A DNA stretch of 64,000 bases from Mobula hypostoma (Eukaryota): the NCBI RefSeq assembly GCF_963921235.1, contig NC_086103.1, positions 100,316,001 through 100,380,000 of the forward strand, in the 5' to 3' direction. The notes beneath the pieces are model-generated. The model did not search any database. It saw only the letters and a program-made list of their open reading frames with translations, and was not told where the DNA came from. The first letter of the stretch is position 1. Every line of letters starts with the position of its first letter. Positions 12,835 through 24,949 of the stretch are shown one piece after another. The position numbers were made by a program, and so were the translations under genes.

Positions 12835-14595
12835 GGGCAAACAGTGGGAACAAAGGGGGCTTATTCTGGTTAGGTGCCAGTGTCTAGTGTTGTTCCACAG
12901 GAGCTGGTGTTGAGACTACTTTTTTCACATTATATGTCGATGATTTGGATGATGGGTCTGATGGCTTTGCGGCCAAGATCCCAGATTTCACCAAGATAGG
13001 TGGAAGGGCTGGTAGTGTTGAGGAAGTGGGGAGTCTGCAAAAGGATTTAGACAGATTTGGAGTATGGGCAAAAAAGTGTCAGATGGAATATAATGCGGAG
13101 AATTGTATGGTCATGCACTTTTGTAGAAGGAAGGAAGGTGTAGACTATTTCAAAACAGGGTGAAGATCAGGGGTTCAAAGAGATTTGGGGAGTCCTTGGG
13201 ATTCCCTGAAGGTTAACTTGTAGGTTGCGTCAGTGATAAGAAAGGCAAATAGCGCCTTCTGGTTAAGATAACGCCTGTGTACAAATTGGATAGATCAGGA
13301 AACCTTATATTTCACTTTTTTTTTTGTCTTTTACATCTATCTCTCATATTTAATGTGACTCTGGAAATGTTGGAGACTGATTTGCAGTTTGAAGATTGTT
13401 CGGGTGTTCCAGCAGTCTGCAGTCTGTGAGAGGATTCCGGGAGACAGAGACAGTGTGGGAGTTTAGTGGCAAGAAGGCAATAGGGGCTGTGGGGCATGAG
13501 CCGACGTTCATCTCCATTTTGATAATTAAAGCTTCCACTGTTCGCTGATTAAAGCAACGAGGAAAATTAAAATATTGCGGCAAATGTGAAAGGTGAGCAC
13601 CAGCTACCTGCCTTTTGATTGCTGGTGGGATCTCAGCTAATGGAGAGAGAGAGGCTGCTACTGTGCCCAAAGAATGTTACCCAGGTATTCTGCATTTTGG
13701 ATATGGACCTGGACTATAGACTTCTTTTCTGTCTTGCAATTTTTTATATTCTGTGTTTTTCACCCTATGTTTCTCCTTTTTTACTGTGGGTGAGGGGGAA
13801 GTGGGGGTCAATGTGCCTGTTCTATTTCTGTATTTTTTATGCAAAAATGAAGGATTTGGATGTATTGATTATCATACTATCATTACTTTCTTTCTTGGTT
13901 TTAAGGCTACCTGGAGAATAAGAATTTCAGAGTTGTATACTTTGATAATCAATGAACCTTTGTACCCTTGAAATGCAATGTTATCATTTATTTCAGGAGG
14001 ACTAGAATATAAGAACAAGGACATGATGCTGAGGCTTTATAATCATTCATAAATTCATATTTGGAGTATTGTGAGCAGTTTTGGGCCTCTTATTGAAGAA
14101 AAGATGTGCTGGCGTTGGAGAGAGTTCAGAAGTGGTTCACAAGAATGATTCTGGAAATGAAAGGCTTAATGTATAAAAACCACTTGATGGTTCTGAGCCA
14201 GTACTTGCTTGAGTTTAGAAGAATGAGGGGAGGGAACCTCATTGAAACCTATCGGATATTGAAAGATCCAGATAGAGTGGATGTTTCCAATAGAGGGTAA
14301 GTCTAGCACCAGAGGAAGGAGCATCAGAATGGAGGGACACCCATTTAGAACAGAGATGAGGAGGAATTTGTACAGCCAAAGCATATTGAATCTGTGGAAA
14401 TCATTGCCATGGATAGCTGTGGAGGCCAGTCACTGAGTATATTTAAAGCAGAGTCTGATAGGTTCTTGATCAGTTAGGGAGTCAAAGGTTATGTGAATAA
14501 GACAGGAGAATGGGATTGGAAGGAATAATAAATCAGCCATTGACCCGATGGGCTGAATGGCCTAATTCTGCTCTGATGGCTAATGGTCATATGGA
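12835..14595 (+). mobile_element. CR1 LINE 3' part, degenerate, interrupted at 13251-13970
   Basis: ORFs TKIGGRAGSVEE..SLQKDLDRFGVWAKK.QMEYN..C.VMHF and LALERVQKWFTRMI..; 3' motif gggctgaatggcctaattctgctc with decayed tail. Confidence 0.85.
13251..13970 (+). mobile_element. Non-autonomous 720-bp retroposon with YY1-like 5' end and Rex1-type 3' tail
   Basis: Splits CR1 aaaggcAAAT|gcaatg with AAAT duplicated (13247-13250, 13971-13974). Begins ..CTTCTGGTTAAGATAACGCC and ends GTATACTTTGATAATCAATGAACCTTTGTACCCTTG. Confidence 0.75.
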
Positions 14596-14804
14596 CACAT
14601 TTGAGAATCTCACTAATGGCTAATTTTGGATTTTCTCAAAGTGGGGAAGTATCTGAATTTAATGGTAAATGCTTGAATTGAAAATATTTTTCTTTTAATG
14701 CTTTCATTGGTTGCACGTACACTACACCACATTAAATTTTTTGGCCAAACCAAGCTAACTGTATTTGGAATGACCAACATTTAGCCACAACTGGGAAATA
14801 CTGA

Positions 14805-15039
14805 GACAAATCCAGACCCACTGTAAGTGCAGCACACGCTGAGTGACAGATGCAGGAACATCTGTCACTTTGTTCCTTCACTGTATGGTACATGCCATTT
14901 CACAGTAGAGGCCAAACATGTCAAGAATTTCCAGCATAATATGAGGAGTCCACCTCACTCATATTATGCCTTTCAGACCTGTGAGTAGGAGTGACAATTC
15001 AAAAGAATGTAGCCAGTGCTACAGTAGGATGGATATGTC
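14805..15039. other. Multi-hairpin fold-back element of unknown nature
   Basis: Imperfect ~20-bp terminal inverted repeats enclose perfect 11-bp (14842-14869) and 12-bp (14934-14969) stems and a weaker third stem. Confidence 0.6.
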
Positions 15040-15192
15040 ATTAAAGGGAAGTTTTATTATTTATTTTTAAATTCTGATTTTACTTTGTTTTAGTTATTTC
15101 TTGGCTTCACTGTTTTGTTTTATTTTGTGGATTTTAATTTTTAATTATGTAAAGGATTTAATTATCCAAAGGATTGTCATGTTCAGCATACA

Positions 15193-16911
15193 GGCTTAAT
15201 TAGGAAGGGGAAAAAAGATTATGAGAGGAAACTGGCAGGGAACATAAAAACTGACTGTAAAAGCTTTTATAGATATGTAAAAAGGAAAAGACTGGTAAAG
15301 ACAAATGTTGGTCCCCTACAGACAGAAACAGGTGAATTGATTATGGGGAGCAAGGACATGGCAGACCAATTGAATAATTACTTTGGTTCTGTCTTCACTA
15401 AGGAGGACATAACTCCTCAGATTCTGGACTAGTTCCTGAGGATTGGAGGGTGGCTAATGTAACCCCACTTTTTAAAAAAGGAGGGAGAGAGAAACCGGGG
15501 AATTATAGACCGGTTAGCCTAACGTCGGTGGTGGGGAAACTGCTAGAGTCAGTTATCAAAGATGTGATAACAGCACATTTGGAAAGTGGTGAAATCATCG
15601 GACAAAGTCAGCATGGATTTGTGAAAGGAAAATCATGTCTGACGAATCTCATAGAATTTTTTGAGGATGTAACTAGTAGAGTGGATAGGGGAGAACCAGT
15701 GGATGTGGTATATTTGGATTTTCAAAAGGCTTTTGACAAGGTCCCACACAGGAGATTAATGTGCAAACTTAAAGCACATGGTATTGGGGGTAAGGTATTG
15801 ATGTGGATAGAGAATTGCTTAGCAGACAGGAAGCAAAGAGTGGGAATAAACGGGACCTTTTCAGAATGGCAGGCAGTGACTAGTGGGGTACCGCAAGGCT
15901 CAGTGCTGGGACCCCAGTTGTTTACAATATATATTAATGACTTGGATGAGGGAATTAAATGCAGCATCTCCAAGTTTGCGGATGACACGAAGCCGGGCGG
16001 CAGTGTTAGCTGTGAGGAGGATGCTAAGAGGATGCAGGGTGACTTGGATAGGTTGGGTGAGTGGGCAAATTCATGGCAGATGCAATTTAATGTGGATAAA
16101 TGTGAAGTTATCCACTTTGGTGGCAAAAATAGGAAAACAGATTATTATCTGAATGGTGGCCGATTAGGAAAAGGGGAGGTGCAACGAGACCTGGGTGTCA
16201 TTATACACCAGTCATTGAAAGTGGGCTGCAGATGCAGCAGGCGGTGAAAAAGGCGAATGGTATGCTGGCACTTATAGCAAGAGGATTCGAGTACAGGAGC
16301 AGGGAGGTACTACTGCAGTTGTACAAGGCCTTGGTGAGACCACACCTGGAGTATTGTGTGCAGTTTTGGTCCCCTAATCTGAGGAAAGACATCCTTGCCA
16401 TAGAGGGAGTACAAAGAAGGTTCACCAGATTGATTCCTGGGATGGCAGGACTTTCATATGAAGAAAGGCTGGATGAACTAGGCTTGTACTCGTTGGAATT
16501 TAGAAGATTGAGGGGGGATCTGATTGAAACGTATAAAATCCTAAAGGGATTGGACAGGCTAGATGCAGGAAGATTGTTCCCGATGTTGGGGAAGTCCAGA
16601 ACGAGGGGTCATGGTTTGAGGATAAAGGCGAAGCCTTTTAGGACTGAGATTAGGAAAAACTTCTTCACACAGAGAGTGGTGAATCTGTGGAATTCTCTGC
16701 CACAGGAAACAGTTGAGGCCAGTTCATTGGCTATATTTAAGAGGGAGTTAGATATGGCCCTTGTGGCTAGGGGGATCAGAAGGTGTAGAGGGAAGGCTGG
16801 TGCAGGGTTCTGAGTTGGATGATCAGCCATGATCATAATAAATGGTGGTGCAGTCTCGAAGGGCTGAATGGCCTACTCCTGCACCTATTTTCTATGTTTC
16901 TATGTTTCTAT
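15193..16911 (+). mobile_element. Young CR1 LINE copy, 5'-truncated, with a ~200-bp internal deletion and one frameshift
   Basis: ORFs 15450-16247 and 16232-16813 encode RT (YLDFQKAFDKVPH, GVPQGSVLGP, KFADD); (TTCTATGT)n tail; nearly identical to 46672-48597. Confidence 0.95.
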
Positions 16912-16919
16912 ATTATTTA

Positions 16920-17570
16920 AAACTTCGACAAGCTTCTATAGATGAGTGATGGAGAGTATTTTGTCTGGCTGCAACACAGCCTGGTATTGAAAAGTCAATC
17001 CTCTTGAATGGAAAATCCAACAAAAAGTAGTGGATGACCACCCAGTCCATCACGGGTAAAGCCCTCCCAGCCACTGAGCATATCTACATGAAGCAATATC
17101 GTAGGAGCAGCATCCATCATCAAGGACCCTCACAACCCAGATCTCTCTCTCTTCTCGCTGCTGCCATTGTGCATAAGTTAAATGAACATCAGGACTCACA
17201 GCACCAGGTTCAGGAACAGTTATTACCCCTCCACCATTAGGTGCTTGAACCAAAGGGATTAACTTCACTCAACTTCACTTGCTCCAGTGCTAAAATGTTC
17301 CCACAACCTATGGATTGCTTTCAATGACTCTTCATGTCATGTTCTCAAACATTTATTTATTATTATTATTTCATTCTTTTTGTACCTGCTCATTTTTTTT
17401 TTACACACTGGTTGAACGTCCAAGTTGGTGTTGTCTTTAATTGAGTCTATTATGGCTATTATTCTATTATGAATTTATTGCGTATGTCTGCCAGAAAATG
17501 AATCTCAGGGTTGTATTCGGTCACATGCAGTAGATGTACTTTGATAATAAATATACTTTGAACTTTGATC
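16920..17570 (+). mobile_element. Rex1/Babar LINE 3' end
   Basis: ttctatagatg..gatggagagtattttgtctggctgc, TTQSITGKALPATEHIY, and tail gtactttgataataaatatactttgaactttga. Confidence 0.8.
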
Positions 17571-17754
17571 TTTAGATTCTTAACAGGTTTTAAATATTTC
17601 TCAGTATCATTGTAATTCTCTCATAATTTGATTTATCTATAACAATCAGACAGAACTTAATATTTCTTTTCAACTTTCCCTTCAGCTGAGATAGAATAAC
17701 TTCTTCATTAAATCTACAGTAATTCCTCTATTTCCGATGAGGATATTATGAGCA

Positions 17755-18971
17755 CAGTTGAATAGATGGACGTTATTTACTTGGATTTCTTGAAGGCGTT
17801 TGATAAGGTGCCGCATAAAAGACTTATCCATAAGATAAGGATGCATAGAATTGGGGGTGATGTATTAGCATGGATAGAGAATTGGTTAACCAATAGAAAG
17901 CACAGAGTTGGGATACATGGGTCCTTCTCTGCTTGGCAATCCGTGGTGAACGGTGTGCCACAGGGGTTGGTGCTGGGCATGCAACTGTTCACAATATATA
18001 TTAACAATCTGGAAGAGGGGGCCAAGTGTAGTGTATCTAAGTTTGCTGGTGATACTAAATTGAGTGGAAAAGCAAATTGTGCAAAGGCTATGGAGAGTCT
18101 GCAGAGAGATAAAGATAGGTCAAGTAGGTTGGTAAGGGTCTGGCAGATGGAGTACAATATTGGTAAATGCGAGGTCATCCACTTTGGAAGGAAAAATGAA
18201 AGAGAAAATTATTATTTAAATGGTAAAAGATTGCAGCATGCTGCTGTACAGAAGGACTTGGGAGTGCTTGTGCATGAATCACAAAAAGTTGGTTTGCAGG
18301 TGCAGCAGGCTATTGAGAAGGCAAATGGAAAGTTGGCCTTTGCTAAGGGATTGAGTTCAAGAGCAGGGAGGTTATGCTGCAATTGTACAGGGTACTGGTC
18401 AGGCCGCACCTGAAGTACTCCGTGCATTTCTGGTCTCCCTACTCGAGGAAGGACATACTGGCACTGGAGGCAGTGTGGAGGAGGCTCACCTCGTTGATTT
18501 CAGAGATGAGGGGGTTAGACTAGGAGGAAAGATTGAGTCGCCTGGGATTGTACTAGCTGGAATTCAGGAGGATGAGAGGAGATCTTATAGAAACATATAA
18601 AATTCTGAGAGGTATAGATAAGGTAGAGGAAGGAAAGTTATTTCTACCGGTAGGTGAGAATAAAACTAGCGGAAATAGACTCAAGGTTTGGGGGAGTAGA
18701 TTTAGGAGGGAGCTGAGGAGGAATTGCTTTTCCCAGAGATTGCTGAATTTGTGGAATTCTCTGCCCAATGAAGCAGTGGAGGCTACCTCAGTAAATATAT
18801 TTAAGACAAGGTAGGATAGATTTTTTCATAGTAAGGGAATTCAGAGTAATGGGGAAAAGGCAGGTAGGTGGAGATGAGTCCATGGCCAGATCAGCCATGA
18901 TCTTGTTAAATTGCGGAGCAGGCTTGATGGGCCGGATGGTCTACTCCTGCTCCTATATCTTAAGTTCTTAT
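17755..18971 (+). mobile_element. CR1 LINE 3' part (RT, catalytic FADD mutated to FAGD)
   Basis: ORFs 17766-18413 (DVIYLDFLKAFDKVPH..GVPQGLVLG) and 18572-18814; 3' UTR gggccggatggtctactcctgctcctat plus tail. Confidence 0.92.
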
Positions 18972-19686
18972 TTTAAACTTTGTTGTCTTTTTGGTGGGTT
19001 TATCAGTTAATTTTACTCGTAATCACCTGAGACAGTTTTGATGTTCCCATGTATGACTTTTTAATGCTTTTCTTTGGCAGAGTTTAGCTGGTCATTTAGG
19101 ACTCCCATCGAAAAGCTTGATCTATATTAGTTGATTCATGCATGTACTAAATATCGGCTATGGTATAGCTGCAAAATGTACCCTATACAAGGACAGCAAG
19201 ATGAATGGGACAAATATGGATGTGAAGCACCTGAACTAATAGAGCATTATGTTATCTATATCTTCAGATAGAAGGCAAGTTCATCCCAGCTGACTGCAAT
19301 TTTTCAAATATAAGCAAAATAGAATATCTTAGTCATTAATACATTAATGTTGTGGGGGTTTCCTGCATGTACATTATTTGCCACAATTCCTCTATTTTGG
19401 CAGTGAATACACTGTAAGATCTACTTAATGTAAATTTGGAATTCACAGAAATTGTTTTTCATTTATTGAGAGAATATATCTTCATGGGATATTTATGAAA
19501 AATAGTGGGTCTTTGCACTTATGGCAATTCATATTATCTTCTTTCAATGTAGTCATTTAGTAAATTCAAGACAGGAGAACTGTAGTTTTGTACTATTTTT
19601 TGATTTTCCAGGCCACACAATTTCCTAGCAATAGAACCTTTGAGAATCTTCAACTGTGACATTTTCATGAAAGTCTCGGAGATGCT

Positions 19687-19990
19687 GGTGCAGTAGCATA
19701 TGAGTTAGTGCAACACTTTACAACTTCCACTGTAAGTTCGGGGTTTGATTCCCGCTGCTGATGGTAAGAAGTCTGTGCGTTCTCCCCATGACCAAGTGGG
19801 TTTCCTCTTGGTGCTCTGGTTTCCACCCACATTCCAAAAGCATGTGGTTAGAGTTAGTGAGTTCTCAGCACATGACATTGGCGCCAGAAGCATGGCTACA
19901 TTTGTAGGTTGGCCAGCACAATCCTCGCTGATTTAATTCGACACATTTCACATGTTTTAATGTACATATGACAAATAAAGCTAATCTTCA
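19687..19990 (+). mobile_element. tRNA-derived SINE of V-SINE type
   Basis: B-box-like gggtttgattcccg; V-domain-like gcgttctccccatgacc..gtgggtttcctc..ggtgctctggtttcc.cccacattccaaa; tail tgtacatatgacaaataaagctaatctt. Confidence 0.8.
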
Positions 19991-21149
19991 TCCTTAAAAT
20001 ATGTAGTAGGTAAGCAAATTAAATTTAATAATATGTTTCTTCAGCATCATACAAGTGACAACAACATTTTTCCCCAAGTGAAACCTGCTGACATTTCCAA
20101 AACACTTGACATTCTTTCAGAAATTTAATCAAACATTCAGTGTCATAAATCATGATTTATTTGTTAAGAATACCAGTTTATGTAGTTTTTGATGTTATAT
20201 AGTTTTTGAGGCATTGTAGGGTGTTCACAAGTTCCCCTGTTTGGGCACCCAAAAGGTGACCTGGTTGATGCCAGAAATATGTAGCACTCTTGTCTGTTGC
20301 ATCAGAAGTTTTCAGTGAGGGGTCAAATGAAAAAAGTCGGCTTGTATCCTGCTACTAAGCTTATCTAAGGGATCTTTTAGGAGGCACCAGAAACTTCTGG
20401 CATTGATTCTTATACTCTTATAAATTGAAGTGTTCTGTTTTCAGGATGAATTCAGCAATAATGTAACCATGTTCAAATAAGCCTCACCAAAACTTCAAGC
20501 CCATAAAACTTAACAGCAACAAGTTAACGCATTGTAAATGTGAATTTAAATTGGGCTGAGTTTTCCAATTGTAAGGTCAACATTTGGCATGTATGACACT
20601 CTCTGATGATCACTTCTTGGAGCCACTGTGCCCAGAGCGAAAGGATGAATGTCCATTCTATTGGCTGCTGCGTCCAAATATGAGACGATGCCACTCAATC
20701 TCGGTTTCTAGAGAGCTAAGTCAGAAATAATGTATCAAATGGGTGTCATCAGCTTCACCCAAATATTACTGTGATTATAAAAACTGAGGCTCTGATTCAC
20801 CAAATCATGCTAGTAGTTGTCTTTTCACATCAATTAAAATACATATTAAAAATTAACAAGTTTGAGACAACTCTCCCTTTCTGAGAGTATTTTCCGAGAT
20901 CTGATCTTTAATTAGTATAGCTTGTTCAGCAATTGGGCAAAGGGTCTTGAAATCTTGACAAATAACAGTGATAGTGACCTTGTGCTCTCCTTGGAGAAAC
21001 AGAGTAAAGAATTAAATATTGAAATTGAATGAAAATAAAAACAGACTTACATTAGCACTGTTATTTTCTTCATAGTTTTTTTTTCTGGTCAAAATATTAT
21101 TTCCATAACTCACAATACATACTTATATTTTTTGTTCTTATGATTTGGC

Positions 21150-21390
21150 TATTTGGTCCATCAACTCTATGCTAGTTCCCAGAAAAATCCTATCAATTTC
21201 ACCTTCTACTTATATCCCCATTAGTCTCACATCTCTTTAATTGTCCTGCAAACCTGAATACCTGGAGGAAACTCACATAATTACTTGGGAAGCACACAGA
21301 TGCCATCCAGGCAGTACTGAGGTCAGAACTGAGCCATAATTGCTGGAGTTGTAAGGTAAAAACAGTAAATGCTGCCTGCACTACTGTGTG
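21150..21390 (-). mobile_element. Degenerate V-SINE-like element
   Basis: acctggaggaaactcac..gggaagcacacaga..ccatccaggcagtactgaggtcagaactgagcc..gctggagttgtaagg is a decayed reverse complement of the V-SINE head and core. Confidence 0.55.
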
Positions 21391-23829
21391 GTTCCTTTCT
21401 TGTACTTTAACATCACAATCCTTTTCATTCTTTAGCTATTAAGTTTTCCTTAAAACCAGAGTATTCCAATTTCACAAATATAAACCAATTCAAGAAACAT
21501 TATCCAAGCAAGGTTATCATTATTGTGGATAGATTGACAATAATTTCAGTTTGTTATTATTGCAAATATTTATTCTCAGTTTCAATCTTCCCCCATCCCC
21601 TGCCTCTCTTTTGTTCCACTCATATTAACTTTCTGCTTTGCTGCTTATAAACAGAACAGCTGTTGTTATTGGTTTCCTCATGGTGCCATAACAAACTGGA
21701 CAGATGTTGCCAAAAAATTAATTTTGGATTGAACCACTTGCCAGAACTCTGTGATGATATATCATTAAATATTTGCAAAGAAATTAGGAAATTCTATTCA
21801 TTATTTTGACCCAAATTAAAATTCACTACTTGTGACTAGCTGTGAAATTACTTTGTGACACGAGGTAGGTACATCCATTTATCACTGAACACATGCTGTC
21901 CTACTGTGCATAAGCTGTCCATTGAGAGTGTGGCATAACAGAATTACACGCCTAGCACTTATTTCTTCACCAACAGGGAGAATTAATTACTGCAGAGTGA
22001 CAAGAGATGGATCCCACTCCTCATGTTTCTCAGCACATAAAATTAATTGTGAGTTGATAAAACTCTTTCAGACAGATCCTGTTTCCTGCTGTTGGTAGCT
22101 TCATTAACATGTTCATCGCAGAGAGGAAAAAGTGATGCCTTGTATCCTCACCACTTCTCTCCTTGGAGTTCAATTTATAGAGAAATTAATGGCAGACAAC
22201 AAGAAGTGTTGAATACTTGAGGCACAATGCCAGAAATATCTACATACAATGCTTTGAGTTTTTGTATTTTGTAAATTGAAGTCACAGAAGACTCTAGTAC
22301 AGTAAAGCATACAGAACATGCAGGATGTCCTCAGCGAGAGGAAACAGCGGGTGATAAATAATTTGAAAGTAACAGTAAGAGACTGAAGTCATCTATGCAC
22401 CAAATAAATTGGTGCAATATTCTGTTCCAAAGTGACTCTTAGATCACATTTACTCAACATTTACAACAAGATTAAGTAACTTCTTACTATTGTTAGACAT
22501 CTTTACAGAGAAAAGCTGAGGTTGATGTTCTTTGTTCTTATTGCAGGAAAGGAACAATTTCTAAAGCTGCACATTAAAGAAGGTTGGAGAACACCAAGAT
22601 TAATAGACACCTATGCTCTAAAGCTGGATTTAAGTAAGATGTATTCAACTCCCAAGATTCATTACTTTGGTAAATTGAATTTTGACCAGCAAAAAGCAAA
22701 GATTGCATTTATGTTTGTATTCAGATCAATGATTAGTGAAAGGGAAACAAGCAGTTTATTGGCACTGTTCTCTGTCACGATGCATGTTGTTTTTACTGTA
22801 CATTGTTCACCACAGCAGTTATGTTTTCACAAATATTATCCCCATTTGGTGCCTCTGAAGGGTTTTGGAGTGAGCTTATATTTGACATCCCGCAGAGCAT
22901 TTTTTTTAACAAAGTGTCACCTCCTCTCTGAAATTGCATTTATTTAAGTTTTGTTTGCAGCAAGCTTTCAATGAGGGCAAAGCTCCCTGTTTCCTTATGA
23001 GTGATCACATACCAGATGTTCACCATGGGCAATGACATTAGTTCCAATGTGTTATTGTCTAGTTATAACCAAACATGGGTCATTACACAGACTTACCTAT
23101 ATTTCCATGACCTTCTTTTTTACATAATAGTACATGTTGCCAAGATGTCGATAACAGATGCTTGCAACAACGTGTTTATTGCAGCGCTTACCACCTATCA
23201 ATCTACTAAACATTCCAGAAGCAAATGCAATGAAAAAACAGCTGAAAACACAATATTACTAATAAAGAATAGAATATAATTGAATTGTTATGATATTTAT
23301 ATTAGCCTGGAAATTTCTGGGCTGCCAGAAAAAATGTCATTACTGGCTTCTAATTGTTTGTCTCTGGTGGGTGGGTTGAAATTCACTGCTTGAATACTGT
23401 GACCCACTTACCATCTGGCTCAAAGGGAATAGGCAATATGGCAGCTTAGGGAGTATTGTGAGAAATGTCCTTGGTGCTAAATATCTAAGTACATTAGCCT
23501 GTCTCCCTAGATAAATATTTGATTTTAAAAAAACAAAAGTTTTGCCTGTCACCCTAATTTCCCGACTACTATCTGTTATCGCCACGTTTAAGATTCTTCC
23601 AGAACCACCTGAATTACATCAGTTGACCAAAATAATCTTGCAAATAATTTTATGGAAATTCATTGTAATATGTGAATCTTAATGTTATGTAAATCTCTTG
23701 TGGAAATAGAGTCAAAGGCTCGTGGGTCTTCAAGGGAAACTTCCCTGCTTGCACTGCTAGTAGACAGCTTAAATCCCTGGCAACTCCTTTTTGATATTCA
23801 GTTCTGATTGCTAATTGCTTTTGATCATG

Positions 23830-23950
23830 CAGGAGCCACAAGAGACTGCAGATGCTGGAATCTAGAGCATCAAACAATCAGGAACTCAGTGGAGCCAGCA
23901 GTATCTGTGGGGGAATGGAATTGTCAATGTTACAGATTGAAACGCTACAT
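23830..23950 (-). mobile_element. Penelope-like terminal fragment
   Basis: cacaagagactgcagatgctggaatctagagc..ggaactcag...cagcagtatctgtgg matches the other PLE termini. Confidence 0.6.
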
Positions 23951-24949
23951 CAAGTCGTTCATGGACATCCTAGTTCCATTTTCAATGAGCACCACTGCTG
24001 GGAAAGGATTCAACTACCAGTACTAGTTAAAACAAATCTTACTTCTCAACTTCTGCACTGAAGTTGGAACAGTACTGAAATAATGCAGGGTCAGATAAGC
24101 TAAAGATGGTAAAAGGTGGCAATTATTACAGTGGAGATAATTTTTGTGTTGCTACTTTAGAGATGGGAAAGTTGAGAGTTAGTGCATTGTGGTTAGTAGT
24201 TAAATTTCAAGAAATAAGGTATGATACCAAAATTATAATGAAATTAAAACTATCTTCCCATGACCAAATTTAGGTGAGAAAGTATTAGGGCAAAATAACG
24301 ATCAGCTAATGAATATTGTATGAGAAGAGATATGTATGCATGTTGATATAGAGTAGCTATAAGAACATAGTTGAGATTTGAAAAGTGGAAATCTCGGTGA
24401 ATGTTGAAATATTTCTAGTTCAACATCTCCTGTCCTGACAAGTTTGTTGAAACTGAAAGGACTGTTGATCTGTACAAAGAGTGATTTACAGCAAATTCAA
24501 GGATGATTCATTGAACTCTACTTAAATGTGTAAGGTCATTCACAGTATTGGTCCTACAAGCAAAGGTTTCATACCATTCAATTTTAAGCAAGAAAGCAAT
24601 GGAGGCATAGAACTGATGAATATGATTGCAGTACATGAAAGTAGGATGCAGTGGGATTTTGCTGTTACTAGTCTAAGAGAGAATGAATTAATATTTCTAA
24701 CAATATATCGACACCTGTTTCTTGTTGACTTAACCAATCTGTGTGAGATGAATCTTTGTTAATTTTGAATCTGTATTATTAAATCTGTTAAACTGGTATT
24801 ATTGCTACACAATATTGTCAGTGGAGACCTAACGTAAGGCTTCTATTGTCTTTTCCCTTCTCCCCTCCCCCTTGATATCTGTGATCAGAAGGTCAGTTAT
24901 CTCTGCCTTGTAATGTTGAAACAAGTAGCATTACTACTGTGTACATACA

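Noticed and set aside
15722-16126. Recurrent antisense ORFs (MPPKWITSHLS.., also 47405-47809 and 17777-18178)
   Set aside because: Shadow frames of the CR1 RT; they recur only because the copies are homologous.
20603-20655. CTGATGA...GAAA...GTC as a stand-alone hammerhead
   Set aside because: Stem II cannot close (T opposite C) and stems I and III do not pair.
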